This document shows, in pieces, positions 15,780-20,000 of a stretch of DNA of 20,000 nucleotides. This DNA is from an uncultured virus (IMG/VR IMGVR_UViG_3300017747_002313) (Duplodnaviria; Heunggongvirae; Uroviricota; Caudoviricetes; Crassvirales): the IMG/VR virus record IMGVR_UViG_3300017747_002313. The stretch is one strand, 5' to 3'. A model generated the notes under the pieces. The model worked only from the letters and a program-made list of their open reading frames with translations. It was not told the origin of the DNA and searched no databases. A program made the translations under genes and the position numbers. Numbering within the stretch: position 1 is the stretch's first letter; each line of letters opens with the position of its first letter.

Positions 15780-16094
15780 ACAAGATGAGGGAACGACCTC
15801 AGATAAAGCTTAAGAGTAATTAAAAGGGGGTGACAAAGCCAACCACTGAACAAAGCTTAACAACACACATACGATCTTTGAAATAACGAAATCAGCAACA
15901 GTTTACTTCTTATCTAATAGAGCGCAAGTGATCGAACGGTAACAGAGGGATGAGTTGATTAGGACAATGGGCACAGCACCTAGTCGGGGTGTTGAGAATG
16001 CTGAAATAATAGACGGATCGCGGACAGTTGTCGCGGCGATCACACACGGTGCAGTCAGAATGACTGATTAATGGTAGCGATAACCACTGCACCA
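15780..16094 (+). ncRNA. Structured ~310-nt leader RNA with a boxA-like site and a terminal tRNA-like mini-domain
   Basis: No credible plus-strand ORF; hairpins TGAGG/CCTCA, CAGCACC/GGTGTTG, GTGATCG/CGATCAC, GGTGCAGT/ACTGCACC; GATCTTTGAAA at 15873-15883. Confidence 0.5.
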
Positions 16095-16117
16095 CTAACC
16101 AAATAAAAACAAACACC

Positions 16118-16240
16118 ATGAGAACAGTAGAAAGATTAATTGAAGTAGCTTTCATTAGCTTATTTGTAGCGGCATTTATTTTTGTCGCAGTTATGGCCTG
16201 CACAGGGCATGTATATGCGAGCCATACGGGATTAGGATAG
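16118..16240 (+). CDS. Small single-TM early protein (40 aa)
   Basis: MRTVERLIEVAFISLFVAAFIFVAVMACTGHVYASHTGLG, after leader TAACCAAATAAAAACAAACACC. Confidence 0.65.
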   Translation: MRTVERLIEVAFISLFVAAFIFVAVMACTGHVYASHTGLG

Positions 16241-16262
16241 TAGATTAATAAACCAAATTACC

Positions 16263-16448
16263 ATGAAAAGATATAGAATTGAACAGACGTTTGCACCAAG
16301 TGATGAATTAGATTACGTAGGTCAAAAAAGATACGTTATAGTTGATAATTTAGATAACTGCATTTTCAGTTGTGAACACATTAGCTATAGAGAAGCAAGT
16401 AGAGAATTAAAGGATTTAAACGAAGACAACCTAAAATTCGAACAGTAA
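16263..16448 (+). CDS. Small early hypothetical protein (61 aa)
   Basis: ORF track; leader AAACCAAATTACC. Confidence 0.7.
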   Translation: MKRYRIEQTFAPSDELDYVGQKRYVIVDNLDNCIFSCEHISYREASRELKDLNEDNLKFEQ

Positions 16449-16471
16449 AGTAATCATATAAAACAATTACC

Positions 16472-16627
16472 ATGAAATTCAATTTAATAATTCTAAGCAA
16501 AATCAATAGCGATTATTACAGTATGCAGGCTTTAGATAGAGAAGGTAACATTGTATATAAAGCTACAATACCAAGTGTAGATGCATGTAAGGTAATAATG
16601 AAATATAAGAACGTCAAGATTGTATAA
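16472..16627 (+). CDS. Small early hypothetical protein (51 aa)
   Basis: MKFNLIILSKINSDYYSMQALDREG...; leader TAAAACAATTACC. Confidence 0.65.
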   Translation: MKFNLIILSKINSDYYSMQALDREGNIVYKATIPSVDACKVIMKYKNVKIV

Positions 16628-16668
16628 TTCTTGACTGGCTAAAATTTAAACCAAATAAACCAAACACC

Positions 16669-16773
16669 ATGAGCAAGATCATTAAAATAGAGGGAGCATA
16701 TGAGATCATAGGCTTTTTCGTAGAGGGACAATTGATTAGAACAACTAAAAGAAGAGTAACTAATTGGAAATAA
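16669..16773 (+). CDS. Small early hypothetical protein (34 aa)
   Basis: MSKIIKIEGAYEIIGFFVEGQLIRTTKRRVTNWK; leader AAACCAAATAAACCAAACACC. Confidence 0.65.
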   Translation: MSKIIKIEGAYEIIGFFVEGQLIRTTKRRVTNWK

Positions 16774-16798
16774 TATTAACATTTAAAAACTAGAAATC

Positions 16799-16963
16799 AT
16801 GAAAATCGAAAAAATAATTCAAGAGTATAAGTTTATTAAGTTAGTTAAAACAGAAATGATAATGGGGGGAAATTATGCCGTAATTAATGGCGATAGAGCA
16901 AAAACAGGTCTAACATTAGATGCGGCTTATGATCTATTTAAATTATTAAAAAAACTAGGTTAA
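16799..16963 (+). CDS. Small early hypothetical protein (54 aa)
   Basis: MKIEKIIQEYKFIKLVKTEMIMGGNYAVING...LLKKLG; its stop codon lies in ribozyme stem I. Confidence 0.65.
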   Translation: MKIEKIIQEYKFIKLVKTEMIMGGNYAVINGDRAKTGLTLDAAYDLFKLLKKLG

Positions 16964-17036
16964 CTGACGAGTCTTAGATAGACGAAAGCAATTAAATGAA
17001 CGGATGTTCAGCCATGCGAATGGTTTGCTATTAACC
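16958..17036 (+). ncRNA. Hammerhead ribozyme (type I) with branched stem III
   Basis: Stem I GGTTAA/TTAACC, core CTGACGA, stem II GTCT/AGAC, GAAA, stem III AGCAA/TTGCT, NUH triplet CUA; predicted cut after 17030. Confidence 0.88.
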
Positions 17037-17052
17037 AAATAAAACAATTACC

Positions 17053-17223
17053 ATGAATAAATTAATCGGATTACTTATGGCTAATGGTATTAGCTATAAG
17101 AAGTTACCAAATAACCAATTCCAGGTAACAAGAGACGTTGTAAGTTATGATCTTAGAAATGATTTACACAAAATAGGATTTAACATCCATTTGTTAGACG
17201 TTACTGCAATTATTCACAAGTAA
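17053..17223 (+). CDS. Small early hypothetical protein (56 aa)
   Basis: MNKLIGLLMANGISYKKLPNNQFQV...; leader TTAACCAAATAAAACAATTACC. Confidence 0.65.
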   Translation: MNKLIGLLMANGISYKKLPNNQFQVTRDVVSYDLRNDLHKIGFNIHLLDVTAIIHK

Positions 17224-17234
17224 AACCAATCACC

Positions 17235-17348
17235 ATGCAAGCAAACGAATTTCACGATCTCAATGATCGCATGACTATTTTACGCATGAAAGCATTGCGT
17301 ATCACATTGGCAGACGGAATGTGTACATATCTGTTAGCATTTAATTAA
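17235..17348 (+). CDS. Small early hypothetical protein (37 aa)
   Basis: MQANEFHDLNDRMTILRMKALRITLADGMCTYLLAFN; leader AAAACCAATCACC. Confidence 0.6.
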   Translation: MQANEFHDLNDRMTILRMKALRITLADGMCTYLLAFN

Positions 17349-17371
17349 TAACCAAATAAAAAATAGAAACC

Positions 17372-17584
17372 ATGAGAAAGAATTTTAATTTAAACGACGA
17401 AGAATTCATCATCTGTATGAGTTACATTCTTCAACAAAAGAATAACTACATCTCTGAGTTAGAGATAGCATTAAAAAACAACAGCAATGAATGCTTGACT
17501 GAATACTATCAGAGAGAGATAGACAAAATCAACGATTTCGAAGATAGGTTATCATTGAAATTCAACATTAAAATTAACCAGTAA
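17372..17584 (+). CDS. Small early hypothetical protein (70 aa)
   Basis: ORF track; leader TAACCAAATAAAAAATAGAAACC. Confidence 0.7.
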   Translation: MRKNFNLNDEEFIICMSYILQQKNNYISELEIALKNNSNECLTEYYQREIDKINDFEDRLSLKFNIKINQ

Positions 17585-17595
17585 AACAAATCACC

Positions 17596-17760
17596 ATGCA
17601 AGAAATAATTAATCAAGCAATCAACGATATGTTTGTCGGGGTTGCGCAGGATAATGGATTGTCAACGGGGGACATCAGTCCCCTTGATGATATGATCATT
17701 GATGATATAAAGGAACAGTTGCAAGAGGTATTGCAACGATTTGTAGAACAAAACAGATAG
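17596..17760 (+). CDS. Small acidic early protein (54 aa)
   Basis: MQEIINQAINDMFVGVAQDNGLSTGDISPLDDMIIDDIKEQLQEVLQRFVEQNR; leader AAAACAAATCACC. Confidence 0.7.
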   Translation: MQEIINQAINDMFVGVAQDNGLSTGDISPLDDMIIDDIKEQLQEVLQRFVEQNR

Positions 17761-17762
17761 CC

Positions 17763-17981
17763 ATGTACGGAAGAGTAACAGATCAGAAGCTTAAAAGCTA
17801 CGGAAAGATAGTAGAGTATTGGCCTAACAAGTTGAATAGGTACATGCGTCACGTTAGATTCCAAGGCAGCGAGAAGACGTACACCATGAGCAAGGACGCG
17901 ATCCAGGATTTAAATGACTTGGAGATGATCGAGCAATGGGAGTCTATAGATAGACAGATGTTAAACCAAATAAACAAGTAA
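17763..17981 (+). CDS. Small early hypothetical protein (72 aa)
   Basis: ORF track; starts 2 nt after the previous stop. Confidence 0.65.
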   Translation: MYGRVTDQKLKSYGKIVEYWPNKLNRYMRHVRFQGSEKTYTMSKDAIQDLNDLEMIEQWESIDRQMLNQINK

Positions 17982-17983
17982 CC

Positions 17984-18097
17984 ATGAAAGCAAAAACATT
18001 TTTACCCTTGTTCACAGGGTTCTACGGATCAATATGGGATGACGTAGATTTTTACGGAGAGGACGAAATCAGCCAGTATAGTATTAACGAAAATTAG
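17984..18097 (+). CDS. 37-aa ORF, possibly a truncated gene
   Basis: MKAKTFLPLFTGFYGSIWDDVDFYGEDEISQYSINEN; leader AAACCAAATAAACAAGTAACC. Confidence 0.55.
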   Translation: MKAKTFLPLFTGFYGSIWDDVDFYGEDEISQYSINEN

Positions 18098-18102
18098 GAG
18101 TC

Positions 18103-18180
18103 ATGGAAGTAGTTATCTTTGTAGTAGAATGCTGGTTGATCGGAGTAATCGATGTGCTAATTGAGGAAGAACGTAAGTGA
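18103..18180 (+). CDS. Possible 25-aa hydrophobic peptide
   Basis: MEVVIFVVECWLIGVIDVLIEEERK exactly fills the gap between two ORFs. Confidence 0.35.
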   Translation: MEVVIFVVECWLIGVIDVLIEEERK

Positions 18181-18181
18181 T

Positions 18182-18379
18182 ATGTGGCAAGCAGTCGTCA
18201 GACCTGTTGGCATTCCAGAGGAGTGGGTGATAGGTGTGCTGTATGGGGAGACGCATGAGGAGAGGTACAGCGAGATCGTAGCGTACATGTTAGAGATGGG
18301 TATCCAAGAATTCGAGGTGATGCACTATGCACCATTGAGGTGCACAGCTGTAGCGATTGAGGATATCTTCCTGAATTAG
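18182..18379 (+). CDS. Small hypothetical protein (65 aa)
   Basis: From ATG 18182: MWQAVVRPVGIPEEWVIG...EDIFLN; ends immediately before repeat element B. Confidence 0.6.
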   Translation: MWQAVVRPVGIPEEWVIGVLYGETHEERYSEIVAYMLEMGIQEFEVMHYAPLRCTAVAIEDIFLN

Positions 18380-18694
18380 TGTCAAGATTTGTTAAAATCT
18401 GTTAAATCGTGCTGACAAATGTTGTGTTGATGTTGCCCGCAAAACTATGTCTAGCCCTTTGTTTATCTAGCTTTCAGCTTTCTTAGTGTTAAGATGTTAC
18501 TCTTTACTCTAATTAATTAGAAAAAAAAATAATAGAGTATATATAAAGGGATATGGGGCGTGGAGATAAAAAAAATAAAAAAAATCTGCGTCATGTCAGC
18601 ACATCAGCACTAAAATAGGTTAGTCTATTGGTAGTCAGTCAGTTACGCATTTTTGTGTCAGCACTGAGTCAACATTTTGCAACATTTGTTGACA
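18380..18694. repeat. Dyad-symmetric phased-hexamer element, copy B (inverted relative to copy A)
   Basis: Hexamers at 18380, 18390, 18400, 18410, 18420, 18431, 18487, 18495; AT-rich core; reverse hexamers at 18596, 18604, 18658, 18669, 18679, 18689. Confidence 0.8.
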
Positions 18695-18698
18695 GAGA

Positions 18699-18730
18699 TT
18701 TGCAAAGTTTATAAGAATTGCATAGATTTG
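18699..18730 (+). promoter_or_regulatory. Consensus Bacteroidota promoter
   Basis: TTTG (18699-18702), 20 nt, TAGATTTG (18723-18730). Confidence 0.8.
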
Positions 18731-18864
18731 CATCAACAGTACCACGAGGCTTACCATTAGAACAGCTCACTTCTGTGGTCGTTTCTCTACGTAAACGAAT
18801 ACATAAGTTATGGTAGATTACCAGACCTCTCTTCAGCAGACGTGCTGAATGACGTTTGGGACAT

Positions 18865-18949
18865 GGTCAGGTGTCTTAATATGGTAATGGTTACGAGAAG
18901 CCATCTGTTAAAGATGGGGACAAAGCAGGTTCGAATCCTGTCCTGACTA
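18865..18949 (+). tRNA. Atypical tRNA / tRNA-like RNA (anticodon ambiguous: UUA by geometry, Asn GUU-like by sequence)
   Basis: Acceptor GGTCAGG/CCTGACT; D-stem TCTT/GAGA with a 17-nt loop; anticodon stem CCATC/GATGG with loop TGTTAAA; T-arm GCAGG-TTCGAAT-CCTGT; no encoded CCA. Confidence 0.7.
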
Positions 18950-18990
18950 CAAAACATGTTCATGGTAGACATGTTTTATTTGGTTTCATG

Positions 18991-19017
18991 GGAGGGGGTG
19001 GTTCCCCTCCTTTGTTT
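18991..19017 (+). terminator. Terminator-like hairpin after the tRNA-like RNA
   Basis: GGAGGGG-GTGGTT-CCCCTCC followed by TTTGTTT. Confidence 0.65.
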
Positions 19018-19041
19018 AACTTAATTTAAATTCAATTAACT

Positions 19042-19197
19042 ATGTGGTACAGTCCTTTATTTTTAATCGTAACGTTTTACGCGATCATCGTTTCAGCGTT
19101 ATGGAATCCATTGCACAGGTATACTGTATGGATATTATTCATTTGTTTATTTATTAATCTAATCGGAACGTTATGGTTTATCATCGAAATAATTTGA
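19042..19197 (+). CDS. Small two-TM membrane protein (51 aa; not in the ORF track)
   Basis: MWYSPLFLIVTFYAIIVSALWNPLHRYTVWILFICLFINLIGTLWFIIEII; A/T-rich leader; overlaps the next gene. Confidence 0.55.
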   Translation: MWYSPLFLIVTFYAIIVSALWNPLHRYTVWILFICLFINLIGTLWFIIEII

Positions 19198-19670
19198 TAG
19201 TCGCTGTAGGGCTAATATCATTTGTGCTCTTATCCTATAAGAGTAAGGAGACAATAGTAGTAACGAAGATCGTTGAGGGGAAGAAAGCCGTTGTTCACAA
19301 TCATCCTTCTTTCAGCCCTGAAGTTTTTTATAGCTACGTGAAGCAGTGCGGCATTAAGTTTCCGCACATCGCGTTCGCTCAGGCGATCTTGGAGAGTGGT
19401 CACTTTACATCTAATCGATTCAGGCGGACCAACAATGCGTTCGGCATGAAGGTCGCTAGGCAGAGACCTACGACATGCAGTCGTGAGCATACGGGCCATG
19501 CGTACTACGACGACTGGCGTTTGTCTGTCCAGGACTATGCGCTGTATCAGGCGGCGTACATGCGGAAGGTTAGGTCTGAGGACGAGTACTACGATAGGTT
19601 GGACGGTAGCTATGCAGGAGATCCGACTTACGTTGAAAAGGTACGACGCATTGCAGAAAAATATAAGTGA
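19173..19670 (+). CDS. GH73 glucosaminidase-type peptidoglycan hydrolase with N-terminal membrane anchor
   Basis: AQAILESG (catalytic Glu), NNAFGMK and YAGDPTYVEKV motifs; N-terminal LIVAVGLISFVLLSY. Confidence 0.85.
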   Translation: MVYHRNNLIVAVGLISFVLLSYKSKETIVVTKIVEGKKAVVHNHPSFSPEVFYSYVKQCGIKFPHIAFAQAILESGHFTSNRFRRTNNAFGMKVARQRPTTCSREHTGHAYYDDWRLSVQDYALYQAAYMRKVRSEDEYYDRLDGSYAGDPTYVEKVRRIAEKYK

Positions 19671-19671
19671 T

Positions 19672-19887
19672 ATGGAAGACAGAAAGAAAGCACTAACGGA
19701 AATGATGTCTGACGATGAAAAGTCAGGGTTGTACATGGGTGAACAAAGCCCAGTAGAATGGCTGTTCTATAAGCTATGGGACGAGCCGAAAGATAAGTTT
19801 AGGTGGCATTCGTTGCTGAAGAAAGCTAAAGAGAAAGAAGAAAAACTAAAAGATTTTGAAACATGGAAGGAATGGAAAAACAGTTAA
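19672..19887 (+). CDS. Hypothetical protein, PVEWL...AKE family
   Basis: From ATG 19672: MEDRKKAL...QSPVEWLFYKLW...LLKKAKEKE...FETWKEWKNS. Confidence 0.7.
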   Translation: MEDRKKALTEMMSDDEKSGLYMGEQSPVEWLFYKLWDEPKDKFRWHSLLKKAKEKEEKLKDFETWKEWKNS

Positions 19888-20000
19888 CCCCAGTTGAATG
19901 GCTAGTAAAAGAATTTAGTGATATTCTTGGACCTATGGTGGTAAATAATATGCAAGATGTATTGTTTGAGGATGCTATAGTAAGAGCCAAAGAAATGGAG
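19872..20000 (+). CDS. Hypothetical protein, PVEWL...AKEME family (partial)
   Basis: MEKQLTPVEWLVKEFSDILG...AIVRAKEME; runs off the window. Confidence 0.7.
   Translation, partial: MEKQLTPVEWLVKEFSDILGPMVVNNMQDVLFEDAIVRAKEME

Noticed and set aside
18780..18840. Minus-strand CTGAAGA...GAAA as a hammerhead
   Set aside because: Stem II cannot close next to the GAAA, and the strand is opposite to the local promoter.
18950..19010. Theta/HDV-like ribozyme after the tRNA-like RNA
   Set aside because: I can see only two simple hairpins and could not build the nested double pseudoknot by eye.
19230..19736. Minus-strand 168-aa ORF and the 5' extension of ORF 19483-19887
   Set aside because: They overlap the well-supported GH73 gene; the downstream gene more plausibly starts at ATG 19672.
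1..20000. Stop-codon reassignment suggested by the UUA-like anticodon
   Set aside because: Long genes read through in the standard code, and TAA, TAG and TGA all terminate genes at sensible coupled junctions.

Overview
A 20 kb piece of a tailed dsDNA phage genome, very likely infecting a Bacteroidota (Flavobacteria-like) host: TAnnTTTG promoters and SD-less A-rich leaders occur throughout. Positions 1-14.75 kb are almost all on the minus strand. They carry the large terminase (partial), a tandem GroES-domain protein, a lysis cassette (holin, unimolecular-spanin-like lipoprotein, amidase), an inserted HNH endonuclease, tail/virion genes and a groEL-groES pair. One convergent winged-helix-like gene lies on the plus strand. 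The coding strand switches in a mostly non-coding region at 14.8-16.1 kb. A plus-strand early region follows, with about 13 tiny ORFs behind near-identical leaders, then a second promoter, a structured RNA with a degenerate tRNA, and a GH73 glucosaminidase. The most unusual signals are non-coding. (i) Two ~320 bp dyad-symmetric elements built from helically phased TGTYRA-like hexamers around an AT-rich core lie in inverted orientation at 14840-15160 and 18380-18694 and bracket the early region. (ii) A complete hammerhead ribozyme with a branched stem III sits between two early genes. (iii) tRNA-like RNAs lie downstream of both plus-strand promoters. Protein calls rest on motifs I recognise, not on database searches.
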